A stretch of DNA of 63,694 nt, taken from Deltaproteobacteria bacterium. Its GTDB lineage: Bacteria > Myxococcota_A > Polyangia > Fen-1088. The position numbers and the translations under genes are program-made. The stretch spans positions 1 through 63,694 of the forward strand of contig JANRKS010000038.1 in the NCBI GenBank assembly GCA_033763315.1, in the 5' to 3' direction. Position 1 is the first letter of the stretch; every line of letters starts with the position of its first letter. The notes under the pieces were generated by a model that did no database searches, was not told where the DNA came from, and saw only the letters and a list, made by a program, of their open reading frames with translations. Shown here piece after piece: positions 10,114 to 19,958 of this stretch.

Positions 10114-10906
10114 GTGGTTGTTTGGTGTGGCGGTGGTGTTGGGCGCGTGGCTTGGCGCGGGCAATTACAGTGAAGCGGCGGCGAAGACGGCTCCGTCAAA
10201 AGAGATGCACCACCGTGTGAACACGAAGCGCGGCCCTGTTTATGTGTACAGGCCTGCGGGCGTCAGCCCAGTGTTTACCGTGGTGTATGTGCACGGGTTT
10301 TACAACAACGTGGATTCGGCGTGGCAGGAGCATGAACTGGCCGCAAAGTTTGCCCGCAGCCAATTGCCGGCCACGTTTGTGGCGCCCGAGGCGCCGGCTT
10401 CGCCGCAGGAGAATGTGGTGTGGCCCGATCTTGAAGAACTGCTCAGCACCGTCCGCGCCGCGAAGCCTAAAGCGTTTTCACGCCGCGGACCCGTTGTGTT
10501 GATGGGCCACAGCGCGGCCTACCGCACGATCGTGTCGTGGCTCAAACACCCGCGCGTAACAGAGATTTTCCTGGTCGATGCGCTTTACGGGTTCGAAGAC
10601 GATTACGCCACGTGGCTCAAACAAAGCGATGACCACCGCATGGTGCTTGTGGTGAAGACCACCGCGGAATGGGCCACGCCTTTTGTGAAACGCTTTCGTT
10701 CGGCCATCAAGCTTGACGAGATCCCTGTCACGCCAACCTCGCGCTTGCGCCACGCGCACCTTGTGCGGATGAACACCGCGTTCGATCACATGGCACTTGT
10801 GAAAGAGCCGCAGCCCCTGGTGAGCCTGCTGCGCCTGAGCCGCTATGCGCCTGCGCTCAATAAGGTCAACGCCGCGAAAGTTTCGTCGGCTACGGGCGAT
10901 AGGTAA
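10094..10906 (+). CDS. secreted alpha/beta-hydrolase-fold protein
   Basis: signal peptide; VYVHGF, nucleophile-elbow-like GHSAA, LVDALY, late His (FDHM). Confidence 0.65.
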   Translation: MKQRSLRWLFGVAVVLGAWLGAGNYSEAAAKTAPSKEMHHRVNTKRGPVYVYRPAGVSPVFTVVYVHGFYNNVDSAWQEHELAAKFARSQLPATFVAPEAPASPQENVVWPDLEELLSTVRAAKPKAFSRRGPVVLMGHSAAYRTIVSWLKHPRVTEIFLVDALYGFEDDYATWLKQSDDHRMVLVVKTTAEWATPFVKRFRSAIKLDEIPVTPTSRLRHAHLVRMNTAFDHMALVKEPQPLVSLLRLSRYAPALNKVNAAKVSSATGDR

Positions 10907-11738
10907 GCGAAGCGATCGCTCCGTACGCGAAGTCTTCAAAGCCGAGTGGAAATTGAGGGCCGGCCGCCAGCGTTAGGTTTGGTGTGAGCGCCAACGTTAC
11001 GGCCGGCGTGAGCACAACGCTGGTGTCGCCCGCGGCGCGTGAGCGGCCACCCACCTCGGTTAAGTTGTCGCGGCCTTGCTCAACGGCTGCAAGCACTCGT
11101 GCCTCGACATAGAGGCCGGCCACCCGTGTGGTTTGCCAAGCGGCCGCCAACGCCACGTCAGCCATGGTGCCGCGTGATTCATCCCACGCCCACGCGATGC
11201 CCGCTTCTGTGAACACGCGCAAACGCTCCTGCACAACATCATACGCAAGCCGCGTCGAGAGCCGAGACACGAACGCATCAGCGCCGAAGCCATGCTCCGC
11301 GCTGCCTGTGGGCACCGAGGTTTCGACCGCGGCGGACCAACCCAACGTTTGCATCGGAACAAACGCGCGCAAGCCCAAGCGTACGTCGGCGAGCCCCGTG
11401 TGTCCGTGGCCAGCGCCGGCGGGGAAATCAGAAATTATCGGCAACAGCGCTTCGGCCGCAAACCGCGGGCCCAAACCCACCATGCCGTAAAGCGCGTTTA
11501 CCAGCACCGTGGCGTCGCCCCCGGTCAACGGGCCATAGAGCGGGTGACCGGTCACCCGAAACAACCGGCTGCTGAGGCCAAAGCGCGTCTGGGGCGTGTG
11601 AATCGAAAGCCCCGCCACGTTGCCGGGCACGTTCAAAGCGACGGGCAGTGCGGCACCACCGTCATGATGAGCGTGTGCGAGAGACACCTTTGCGCAAAGG
11701 ACTGCGGTGGCGAGGACGATGGATCGACGAAGGGTCAC
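10890..11738 (-). CDS. putative outer-membrane beta-barrel / transporter-like protein with His-rich mature N-terminus
   Basis: signal peptide ending AHA-HHDGG, GLADVRLG, VPTGS..GFG, alternating beta strands, terminal aromatic (LTYRP); start estimated. Confidence 0.6.
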   Translation of the reverse strand: MTLRRSIVLATAVLCAKVSLAHAHHDGGAALPVALNVPGNVAGLSIHTPQTRFGLSSRLFRVTGHPLYGPLTGGDATVLVNALYGMVGLGPRFAAEALLPIISDFPAGAGHGHTGLADVRLGLRAFVPMQTLGWSAAVETSVPTGSAEHGFGADAFVSRLSTRLAYDVVQERLRVFTEAGIAWAWDESRGTMADVALAAAWQTTRVAGLYVEARVLAAVEQGRDNLTEVGGRSRAAGDTSVVLTPAVTLALTPNLTLAAGPQFPLGFEDFAYGAIASLTYRP

Positions 11739-11788
11739 CCCCGGCTCGTAGCGTTTCGCGGTAGCGTTGCCAAGGTTATTGAGGTTTC

Positions 11789-11805
11789 TGCGACAATATG
11801 ACGCA
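11789..11805. promoter_or_regulatory. putative RegA/PrrA/RegR-type binding box
   Basis: TGCGAC-AATAT-GACGCA matches GCGRC-N5-GNCGC; in the divergent intergenic region between the OM-barrel gene and the glutamate-synthase-family gene. Confidence 0.45.
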
Positions 11806-11872
11806 TTCACTTCTTGCGTGACTATTTGGGCCGCTGCGCGTCTAACGGTACGATCGCGAAACGTCCAACGTC

Positions 11873-13453
11873 ATGGCTAGAAAAATCTTCTTCGTTTGTG
11901 CGCTGTTGTTGCCCTTGTGTTTGTGGGCGCTGTCGGGTGTGTGGCCTGGGGCACTCTGGGCGTTTGTGGGCGTTGGGCCGCTCATTGGCCTGGGCGTTCA
12001 CGACGTGCTCCAGAAGCGGCACTCGCTGTTGCGCGTGTATCCCGTGGTGGGCCACGGCCGCTACCTCATGGAGGCGTTCCGCCCGGAGATGCAGCAGTAC
12101 TTCGTGGAATCAAACATCGACGGCAAGCCATTTAGCCGCGAACAGCGTTCGGTCATTTATCAACGTGCCAAGGGTGATCTCGACACGATGCCGTTTGGCA
12201 CCCAACGCGAAGTGTATGCAGGTGGATATGAATGGATGAACCATTCGATCTTGCCTAAGCCCTACCTGCACGACGATCCGCGTGTGCTGGTGGGCGGCCC
12301 GGCGTGCACGAAGCCCTACCGCGCGTCACATCTGAACATCTCCGCCATGAGCTTCGGATCATTGAGCCCCAACGCCATCTTGGCGTTGAATATGGCGGCC
12401 AAGCAGGGCGGCTTCGCCCACAACACAGGTGAGGGAGGCATTTCGCCTTACCACCTGCAACCGGGAGGCGATCTGATTTGGCAGGTCGGGACCGGCTACT
12501 TTGGCTGCCGCACGCCCGAGGGTGGCTTTGATCCCGAGCGCTTCGCGGAGAACGCGCAACGCGAGGTTGTGAAGATGATCGAGCTCAAGCTTTCGCAGGG
12601 CGCGAAGCCTGGCCACGGCGGCATCTTGCCTGCCGCAAAGCTGACGCGCGAGATCGCACAGATTCGCGGCGTGCGTATGGGACACGATGTGCTTTCGCCG
12701 CCCGCACACAGCGCGTTTGGTTCACCCATCGGGCTGCTTGAATTCATTGCCAAGCTGCGCGAGCTCAGTGGCGGTAAACCTGTGGGCTTTAAACTTTGCG
12801 TGGGCAAGCCCGCCGACTTTCTAGCCATCTGCAAGGCGATGGTGAAGACCGGCATCATTCCTGATTTCATCACCGTGGACGGCGCTGAAGGCGGCACAGG
12901 CGCCGCGCCCGTTGAATTGTCGAATTCCGTGGGCACACCGTTGCGGCAGGGGCTGACATTTGTTGATAACGCCTTGAGGGGCGTTGGTCTGCGCGACAAA
13001 ATACGCGTGATCGCCGCAGGCAAAGTGGTGACCGGCTTTCACATGTTTCGTCTGATGGCGCTCGGCGCCGATATGTGCAACGCCGCGCGTCCGATGTTGT
13101 TTGCGCTTGGGTGCATTCAAGCACGGCGGTGCAACGACAATACGTGCCCCGTGGGGGTGGCCACGCAAGATCCGTCGCGCGCCGTGGGTCTGGTTCCCGA
13201 GGCGAAGGCGCCCCGCGTGGCCCGGTATCACAAGGCCACAATCAAAGCCTATCTGGAGCTGCTGGGCTGCGCAGGGCTTGAGAGCCCACGCCAAGTGCGC
13301 CGCGATATGATCTTGCGGCAAGTGGATGGCTTTGTGGCGCGCACCTTGGCTGAACTTTACCCGCAGATCGAGGAAGGTTGCCTGCTTTCCGACGCCACGG
13401 TGCCCGCGTCGTTCATCAACGACTGGCAGCGCGCGTCTGCCGAACGCTTTTAG
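11873..13453 (+). CDS. FMN-binding glutamate synthase family protein (stand-alone)
   Basis: NISAMSFGSLS, NTGEGG, ELKLSQGAKPGHGG, DGAEGGTGAAP, 3Fe-4S motif CIQARRCNDNTCP; N-terminal TM. Confidence 0.93.
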   Translation: MARKIFFVCALLLPLCLWALSGVWPGALWAFVGVGPLIGLGVHDVLQKRHSLLRVYPVVGHGRYLMEAFRPEMQQYFVESNIDGKPFSREQRSVIYQRAKGDLDTMPFGTQREVYAGGYEWMNHSILPKPYLHDDPRVLVGGPACTKPYRASHLNISAMSFGSLSPNAILALNMAAKQGGFAHNTGEGGISPYHLQPGGDLIWQVGTGYFGCRTPEGGFDPERFAENAQREVVKMIELKLSQGAKPGHGGILPAAKLTREIAQIRGVRMGHDVLSPPAHSAFGSPIGLLEFIAKLRELSGGKPVGFKLCVGKPADFLAICKAMVKTGIIPDFITVDGAEGGTGAAPVELSNSVGTPLRQGLTFVDNALRGVGLRDKIRVIAAGKVVTGFHMFRLMALGADMCNAARPMLFALGCIQARRCNDNTCPVGVATQDPSRAVGLVPEAKAPRVARYHKATIKAYLELLGCAGLESPRQVRRDMILRQVDGFVARTLAELYPQIEEGCLLSDATVPASFINDWQRASAERF

Positions 13454-13454
13454 C

Positions 13455-13489
13455 GCATCAGCGCCGCGTGACTCACACGGCGCTGGTGC
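13455..13489. terminator. hairpin between convergent genes
   Basis: GCATCAGCGCCG pairs with CGGCGCTGGTGC just after the stop at 13453. Confidence 0.4.
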
Positions 13490-13497
13490 AAAACAGA

Positions 13498-13953
13498 TCA
13501 ACCTTGTTGCAACACGGGTTGCACGGTGCCGCCTGGTGCCAACTTTACAACCTCGCCGGTGATCGTCACTTCGGTCCACAAGAACGGGATCACGAAGAAG
13601 ATAGCCTGCACCACCTGTGTTACGGGCAGCACTTGGGTTTGGTGAAAGCGTACGTTGATGATGCCGTCGCCATTGAGGCGGCGGATCTCAGGCATCAACG
13701 TTTCATTGAAGCCGGTTTGAATGTCAGTGCCCACGATATCCACAAAGCCGAACAACAGGTGGCCTTTACGCGTGACCTGGATCAGACCCAAACTTTGATA
13801 CGGCCCTTGAATGTCACCCGTGGTGACGAACGGCGCATGCAGGTTTGGATCGGTGGGTAAGGTGGCTGTGTTCACGATCGTGCAAGCCGACAGCGAAAGG
13901 CACACAGCGACCGCGGCTGCTTTGAAGAACGAAGAGCGATAAGAGGTTTTCAT
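13498..13953 (-). CDS. lipoprotein, YbjQ/heavy-metal-binding-like fold
   Basis: lipobox LSAC; TTGDIQGPYQSLG, LNGDGIINVRF, ITGEVVK. Confidence 0.65.
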   Translation of the reverse strand: MKTSYRSSFFKAAAVAVCLSLSACTIVNTATLPTDPNLHAPFVTTGDIQGPYQSLGLIQVTRKGHLLFGFVDIVGTDIQTGFNETLMPEIRRLNGDGIINVRFHQTQVLPVTQVVQAIFFVIPFLWTEVTITGEVVKLAPGGTVQPVLQQG

Positions 13954-13973
13954 GGGGTACCTGGTGGAAAGGG

Positions 13974-14477
13974 TTAAAGGAAGCGGATCACTTCGCCTTT
14001 GGCGTGCACAGAGCGCCAACGCGTTTTGACTTCTCGTTTGCCTTGGCTGTTCGTCTTGAGTGAATCAGCCAAATCGCCGGCTCGTTCAGCGGGTGTTTGT
14101 GGGTTCTCATCGAGAAACTCGATGTTGATGACGCCGTTGCCGCCCATCTTGATGGCGGCGTTGACCAAGGCGCCCTTGATGGTTCCGTCAATCTGCGCGT
14201 CGCCCACGTCGAGCACGCCGGCCACCTGGTTGCCAAAACCAGTTGCCTGCACGAATCCCAACGTTTGGTAAGGCCGGGGTGCGGCGCCCGTGGATAGAAA
14301 CACTTGATTGCCTTGCGCCGGTCGCGAAGACAACGGGCCGCTTTGCACAACAGCGGTACATGCGCTGCTGCCACACAGGGCCATGGCAAGGCTTGCCACG
14401 AGGGTTAATTGATTCGCCCCGCAGCGCCTGGTTAGGCGTGGGGCCACGAGGGGCACGGGTGAGGGAGCATGTTTCAT
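13974..14477 (-). CDS. lipoprotein, YbjQ/heavy-metal-binding-like fold
   Basis: lipobox-like SSAC; PRPYQTLG, AAIKMGGNGVINIEF, AKGEVIRF; paralog-like to the neighbour. Confidence 0.65.
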   Translation of the reverse strand: MKHAPSPVPLVAPRLTRRCGANQLTLVASLAMALCGSSACTAVVQSGPLSSRPAQGNQVFLSTGAAPRPYQTLGFVQATGFGNQVAGVLDVGDAQIDGTIKGALVNAAIKMGGNGVINIEFLDENPQTPAERAGDLADSLKTNSQGKREVKTRWRSVHAKGEVIRFL

Positions 14478-14531
14478 GGGGTGGGTCCTTTGCACAAGTG
14501 AACGCACGAGCGGGATCGGGTCACTGAAACT

Positions 14532-15566
14532 TCAAAATTGTGAGGTACGCGCCTCAAGGCCCACCCACGCTCCGGGCTGCCACGTGGCCAACCGCAAAGC
14601 GGCGCCCGTGGCGTCGGGGGGCGAAATGGTGGTTGGGGGAATGGCGTCTAAGCCGACGCCCAAGGTGCCAAACAGCCAAGCGGCCAAACGCAGCTCCGTG
14701 CGTAGTTCCCACCGCAAGGCCGGCAGCACGAGTGACCGCGGCGCCTCGACCGTGGAGGTCGGCGCGCCAGAAACCCAGTCGCCTCCGCCGCCCACGCCCA
14801 CAACGAAGGCGACGTCTTCAGTGCGGGCGATCGTGAAGGCCAGGCCAAACCTCCAGTCCCACACACTGAGCGACCACTCGTTGCTTTCAAGATCTTGCGC
14901 CTCGACAAGCAGCGGCTTCCAGACCGAGGTCCACACCGTTACGTCACCCAGGCGGTTGTTCCACCGCGACGATAGACGCAGCCGCGGCCCCTGCGCTGCG
15001 GCCCCCGTGGCCATCAGCCAGTGTGCCGCGTAGGTCGTTTCAAGCGCCAAGGCGCGCGTTTGGGTTTGCCGCTCTACCGCGCGAGGTGCAGGGGCCGTGG
15101 TGGTGTGCGCCGCGACGATCGGCGGCGGCGGGTGCGGCAACTCGCTTTTGATCTCATCCAGCGTCAGCGCCACTTGTGCACGATCGTCAAGCGCGGCGAA
15201 GGTGGGCGCCAGCAACTGCGCGGCTTGTTCCGCGAGGATCGTGTCGTTGTTTTGTTCGGGAAGCCGTCGCACGAAGAAGCGCTGCGCGTTCGCGTCCCGA
15301 AAGTAGATCTTCACATTCTTGCGATCGCGCAGATCGATCCAAGCCGCAGGGCGCGCCGGCCCGTTGTGCGAGGCTTTCAGAAAATCATCGCTCTTGAGAT
15401 CGCTGCGCGCTTGCCAATGCACCAACAAGGGCTCAGACACCAGCGCTTCGACCAGTTCAGATACCACGTGGCTTGTATCACCGGGGGGCCGCACGCTGAT
15501 CACCTCCACCTCGGCGCTTGTGCCCGGCGCGGTGAGGCACAACAACAAGAAAGAGATTGTCATCAC
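14532..15566 (-). CDS. secreted hypothetical protein, possible C-terminal beta-barrel
   Basis: signal peptide, Pro-rich linker, alternating-strand C-terminus ending in F; overlaps the upstream gene's stop. Confidence 0.65.
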   Translation of the reverse strand: MMTISFLLLCLTAPGTSAEVEVISVRPPGDTSHVVSELVEALVSEPLLVHWQARSDLKSDDFLKASHNGPARPAAWIDLRDRKNVKIYFRDANAQRFFVRRLPEQNNDTILAEQAAQLLAPTFAALDDRAQVALTLDEIKSELPHPPPPIVAAHTTTAPAPRAVERQTQTRALALETTYAAHWLMATGAAAQGPRLRLSSRWNNRLGDVTVWTSVWKPLLVEAQDLESNEWSLSVWDWRFGLAFTIARTEDVAFVVGVGGGGDWVSGAPTSTVEAPRSLVLPALRWELRTELRLAAWLFGTLGVGLDAIPPTTISPPDATGAALRLATWQPGAWVGLEARTSQF

Positions 15567-16348
15567 GGCTTGCTTGCGCGCTCCTTGAGGTAGGGCGATT
15601 GTGGATGAGCGGCGGCCAACGCTTGCCAGGCGGCGGCTGCGTCTTGGCCCAACGACTCAAGGCTTTGCGCGGTGCCAGCCATCGCTTCTTCTTCAAGAGC
15701 GCCACCCGGGTTGTGCCGCAGATACGAGGAGAAGGCGGCCAGGGCCGCAGTGTGATTGCCGAGGCGTCGGTAAAGCCGGCCCGCGGCCAAGCGCGAAACG
15801 TCGGCTTCGGGGCTATCGGGAAATCGAGACAACAATTCTTCGAATTTTTGCGCCGCCAGCGGGTCCCAACCCATCGCTCGTGCGCGTCTCGCCTCTTCGA
15901 ACAGCTGGCCGGCGCCGTTTTCAGCAGCCGCGTCTGTGCTGGGCGCAGGCGTGGCGGCGAGCGCGCGTGGTTTCGTTGTGGCAATCGGGCGTGGCGGTGG
16001 TTCCGGCGGCGGAAGCGGTGGCGAAGGTGGCGCAAGAGCTGGCAAACGCGCCGGAGGCGGCGGGACTGGTTGAGGCGAAGCGGGCCGCTGCCACTGCGAG
16101 CGGAACGCCACGGCCGCCAGCGCACCACCTGACAGCACGCCCACCAAGATCAGCGCCCATGACCAGCGCAGCGTTCTGCTCCCAAGCGCCCTCGGTTGCT
16201 GCCTGGACTTTGTGCGTCCCACCGCACGCGTGATCACATGAGCGTCATCATGCGCGTGCCGCGCCGGATAAGCGCGCGCCACAAGTTGCAGCACGCGCTG
16301 CTCCTCGCTGTCGTGGCCTGGTGGTGGCAAACGTGATGAACGTTTCAT
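15563..16348 (-). CDS. putative anti-sigma factor: TM + Pro-rich linker + TPR (BamD/YbgF-like)
   Basis: ATGA-coupled to the ECF gene; single TM; FEELLSRFPDSPEA, YLRHNPGG, HPQSPY. Confidence 0.75.
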   Translation of the reverse strand: MKRSSRLPPPGHDSEEQRVLQLVARAYPARHAHDDAHVITRAVGRTKSRQQPRALGSRTLRWSWALILVGVLSGGALAAVAFRSQWQRPASPQPVPPPPARLPALAPPSPPLPPPEPPPRPIATTKPRALAATPAPSTDAAAENGAGQLFEEARRARAMGWDPLAAQKFEELLSRFPDSPEADVSRLAAGRLYRRLGNHTAALAAFSSYLRHNPGGALEEEAMAGTAQSLESLGQDAAAAWQALAAAHPQSPYLKERASKP

Positions 16349-16926
16349 GCGTTTGCCAACCAATCTTCAATGCGTTGCTCGCCCACGTTCAGTTTCTTGC
16401 GTAGGCGCGTGAGCGCGAGGCGCAGACGGCTGCGTGCTGTCTCAAGCGGAATTTGCAAAGTGGCCGCAACTTCGGGCAGGGATAGCTCCGCCACCACATG
16501 CATCAGCAGCACTTCGGCTTGCGCGGCGGGCAAGCGCTCCACCAGGCGGCGCACAGCTTGTTCTTGTTGCTTGGTGGATAATGCGTCGCTGGGCAAGGGC
16601 TCTTGGCCCGGCAATTGATCCAACACCGTGGCGTCAGACCACAAACGTTGATACCACGGCCGCTGCTTGCGCCTGTACGCCATGCACGTCAACACAGCCA
16701 CACGGCAAGCAAAGTGGCGGGTGCTGGCCGTGTGACGGAACCGGGGCAGGGCGTTGAGGAACGCCAGCAACGCGTCTTGCAGCAGATCCTCGATGTCCGT
16801 TGACACCATCTTTCGAATCACGTGCAGCATGGAAGGGGCCACACACTCAAGCAGCTGCGTGGTTGCGCGTTGATCGCCAGCGCGCGCCGCCTGGGCCAAC
16901 GCATACCACGGGTCATTCTCGGGCAC
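16345..16926 (-). CDS. ECF RNA polymerase sigma factor
   Basis: AARAGDQRA, DIEDLLQDALL, region 4 LPAAQAEVLLM..EVAATLQIPLETARSRLRLA; start estimated. Confidence 0.9.
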   Translation of the reverse strand: MPENDPWYALAQAARAGDQRATTQLLECVAPSMLHVIRKMVSTDIEDLLQDALLAFLNALPRFRHTASTRHFACRVAVLTCMAYRRKQRPWYQRLWSDATVLDQLPGQEPLPSDALSTKQQEQAVRRLVERLPAAQAEVLLMHVVAELSLPEVAATLQIPLETARSRLRLALTRLRKKLNVGEQRIEDWLANA

Positions 16927-17137
16927 GAACAGGCCCGCGGCGGAAACGCCGTGCGAATCAGATACGTGGGGAGGCAACGTTGACACGATGTGGGGTGAAG
17001 AAGCGCAGCATACACGCCAAATGGACCACGCTTCGACCCGGCGACTGTGAGACTTATTTAACAACCCATCAGACCGTGTCGCGCTTTCACCAAACGGGTT
17101 AGCAAACTCAGGTCCGCTCGCCGATAAACACAGCTCG

Positions 17138-17677
17138 TCAGCGTTTGGGCGGATATTTCTGAATTTTTCGCTGCAACGAACGTCGATGGATGCCGAGGCG
17201 TCGTGCGGCTTCGGACAAATTGTTGTCGCAATCAGCCAACACTCGATTGATGTGCTCCCATTCCACGCGTGCCAAACTGGGTGTGTCTGGAGCGGCGCGT
17301 GTGTTTGGCGCTGGCGGGGCGCTAAGCGCACGCAGGATGTCGTCGGCGTCGGCCGGTTTAGGCAGGTAGGCGGTGGCCCCCAAACGCGTTGCCTCCACGG
17401 CCGTGGCGATGCTGCCATAGCCGGTGAGCACCACGATGCGCGCCTGAGGTTGTTGCTGTGCGAGCGCCTGCACAACGTCGAGACCCGAGCCTTTCGGCAT
17501 GCGTAAGTCGATGACGGCGAAATCAAACGCAGACGTAGCCAGTGACGCAATGGCGGCCTCGGCCGTGGCGGCGGTGTGCACGGTCATGTTTCGCTGACGC
17601 AAGGCCTTCGCCAGGCGGTCACGAAACACATCGTCATCGTCCACCAACAAAAGTCCTGGTGTCTTCGAATCAGTCAT
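17138..17677 (-). CDS. regA: RegA/PrrA/ActR-family response regulator
   Basis: LLLVDDD, VVLTGYGSIATAVEA, SLARVEWEHINRVL..NLSEAARRLGIHRRSLQRK. Confidence 0.93.
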   Translation of the reverse strand: MTDSKTPGLLLVDDDDVFRDRLAKALRQRNMTVHTAATAEAAIASLATSAFDFAVIDLRMPKGSGLDVVQALAQQQPQARIVVLTGYGSIATAVEATRLGATAYLPKPADADDILRALSAPPAPNTRAAPDTPSLARVEWEHINRVLADCDNNLSEAARRLGIHRRSLQRKIQKYPPKR

Positions 17678-18947
17678 TTACGGCCACCGGCAAGCACATC
17701 TTCACTGTGGTGCCTTGTCCCTCGGTGGACGAAAACAACACGTGGCCACCCAAACGTTCGGCCACACTGCGCGCCACAAACACCCCAAGACCCATGCCCT
17801 GGCCCACCGGCTTCGTTGTGAAAAACGGTTGCCCCGTCCGTTCCACCACGTCGGGCGCCATGCCGATGCCTTTGTCGATGATGGCGATGGTTGCAACGTC
17901 ATGTTCGCATTCGGTGTGTACAACCACCGTCATCGCCACGCCAGCCGCGCGGCAGGCGTCCCAACCGTTTTTGATCAAGTTTGTGAGAGCCTGCCGCAAG
18001 GGCGTGCGCGGTGCACGCAGATACACGGCTTGGGCATCGCCGGTCCACACAAATTGAAGAACACCAGATTCTTGCGCGAGACCTTCGGCCACGTCGTTCA
18101 TCACGGACGCCAGCGACCTTGTCTCGAAGGCGTCCGCCATCGTGGCACCCGTGTCTGCAGACATTTGTGCAAGCACTTGGCGGCAGCGATCCACTTGTTG
18201 TCGCACCAGCCGCGCGTCATCCACCAAATCGGCTTCCGCGTGCTCCAAGGCAAGTTCAAGTTCGCGCGCCACCGTGGCGATGGTGGCCAACGGCGTTGCC
18301 AGTTCATGAGCCGCCCCCGCCGCCAGCGTGGCCAAAGCTGATAGCTTCTCGTTGCGCTCATTGTTCTGCCGCACTTGTTGCAGCTCCGCTTCTCGCGCCG
18401 CCAGCGCGCCGCGGATGCGCATCACAAAGAACACGATGAAGCTGGCCGCCACCGTGAACGCCACCCACATGCCCTGCAAATGCAGATTAAAAAGGCCTTC
18501 ACCACCACCATGGATGTGCAACGGATAACTTGGCAGCACAAACAGCAGGGCCGAACCGGCGGCCGCAAGCGACACCAGGCCCCACACCACTTGCGGAGGC
18601 AAGGCGATCGCCGCCAAAGCGATGTACACCAAGTAAAGGAAGCTAAAGGGATTGTGCGGCCCGCCGGACAACAGCAGCAAGGTTGTTAGGATCACCACGT
18701 CGAAAGCCAATCCGCCAGCCAATGGTGCGGGTGTGATCGCGGCACGTCGGTTAAGCCAGGCGTGCATTGCGAGGTTCACGCCCACTTCCAGCGCCACAAC
18801 GGTGGTGAGCCAAAACAGAGGCAAGGTGATATCCAGCGCAAAATGCGCGATGCCGATGGTGGCCACCTGGCCGAGTACGGCGCCCCAGCGCAGGCGGAAC
18901 AGCCACGCAAGGTTTATGCGGTGGGCGCTATCGAAGGCCAATGGCAT
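17670..18947 (-). CDS. regB: RegB/PrrB/ActS-family sensor histidine kinase
   Basis: LRWGAVLGQ, SGGPHNPF, HLQGMWVAF, AAHELATPL, QVDRCR, PFFTTK..GMGLG. Confidence 0.92.
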   Translation of the reverse strand: MPLAFDSAHRINLAWLFRLRWGAVLGQVATIGIAHFALDITLPLFWLTTVVALEVGVNLAMHAWLNRRAAITPAPLAGGLAFDVVILTTLLLLSGGPHNPFSFLYLVYIALAAIALPPQVVWGLVSLAAAGSALLFVLPSYPLHIHGGGEGLFNLHLQGMWVAFTVAASFIVFFVMRIRGALAAREAELQQVRQNNERNEKLSALATLAAGAAHELATPLATIATVARELELALEHAEADLVDDARLVRQQVDRCRQVLAQMSADTGATMADAFETRSLASVMNDVAEGLAQESGVLQFVWTGDAQAVYLRAPRTPLRQALTNLIKNGWDACRAAGVAMTVVVHTECEHDVATIAIIDKGIGMAPDVVERTGQPFFTTKPVGQGMGLGVFVARSVAERLGGHVLFSSTEGQGTTVKMCLPVAVND

Positions 18948-19009
18948 AGGAGGTGGCACAAGTTGCCGCGTGCCGTGCCACGAGGCAAGCGCCATCGCGG
19001 GAAGAGCGT

Positions 19010-19074
19010 AGGGCAAATTGTCGCAGGGCGCGCAAAGAGGCTGCGTTTGAGGGCTTTGCGTGTAACGTGTTACA
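19010..19074. promoter_or_regulatory. RegA-like box (19010-19025) and perfect palindrome TGTAAC-GT-GTTACA (19061-19074)
   Basis: AGGGC-AAATT-GTCGCA in the regB/mbnP divergent region; 6-2-6 palindrome ends 1 bp before the mbnP ATG. Confidence 0.4.
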
Positions 19075-19075
19075 G

Positions 19076-19954
19076 ATGCGTGGATCTCGGTTTTGCTTTG
19101 GCGTGTGCGCAACGTTGGCGCTGGCATGGGGGGCCATCGGCTGTGGCGGTGACGACGAGGCGCCCGTGCAACTTTCTTTTACGGCGCGTGTGGGCGCGGC
19201 GCCGTTCGCGTGTGGCACCGTTTATCCCGGCGTGGGCACAACGGCGGCGAACGTATCGGTAGAAGACTTCCGCATGTTCATCTCGAATGTACGTACGCTT
19301 GATGCGGCAGGAGGTGAGCATCCCGTGAAGCTCGTAGCGGATCAGAAGTGGCAAAGTGAAACTGTGGCTTTGCTGGATTTTGAGAACGCCTCAGGCCCGT
19401 GTGGCGAACTTGGGACGCCCGAGACGAACGCCAGCATTCGCGGCATGAAAGACGGCGCAAAGATCGCAGGCGTGCGTTTTAGCTTGGGTGTTCCTGAGGG
19501 CGAGGCACACCAAAATGTTGGCTTGGCCAAAGCTCCGCTTAACTTGGGTTCAATGTTTTGGGGATGGCAGGCAGGCTATAAGTTTTTGCGCGTTGACTTT
19601 AGCTCCACAGGTGATGATCCCGCGGTGCCGCCCACACAGTGGCTGGTGCACATTGGCAGCACCGGCTGTCAATCAGCGGCGGCCACCGTGGCTCCCACCA
19701 CCGCGTGTGCACGTTCGAATCGCGCGGAGATCACGCTGCTTGGTTGGGATCCATCAAAAATGATCGTGGTTGATCTGGCGGCGCTGTTAAACGCATCGAA
19801 TGTTCTGCTGAACACTGTGGCGACGGCACCCGGATGTATGTCTGACGCCAGCGATCCCGAGTGTCAGCAAGTGCTTGCTGGTTTGGGATTGGACGCAAGC
19901 AGTGGGCAATGCGCTGGTGCGTGCTCTGCACAAAAATTCTTTCGCGTGGAATGA
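19076..19954 (+). CDS. mbnP: MbnP-family copper-binding lipoprotein (MXAN_0976/AZL_007920 type)
   Basis: lipobox AIGC; DFRMFISNV, LLDFEN, WxW motif MFWGWQAGYKF, HIGSTGC, GCMS. Confidence 0.9.
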   Translation: MRGSRFCFGVCATLALAWGAIGCGGDDEAPVQLSFTARVGAAPFACGTVYPGVGTTAANVSVEDFRMFISNVRTLDAAGGEHPVKLVADQKWQSETVALLDFENASGPCGELGTPETNASIRGMKDGAKIAGVRFSLGVPEGEAHQNVGLAKAPLNLGSMFWGWQAGYKFLRVDFSSTGDDPAVPPTQWLVHIGSTGCQSAAATVAPTTACARSNRAEITLLGWDPSKMIVVDLAALLNASNVLLNTVATAPGCMSDASDPECQQVLAGLGLDASSGQCAGACSAQKFFRVE

Positions 19955-19958
19955 AGCG

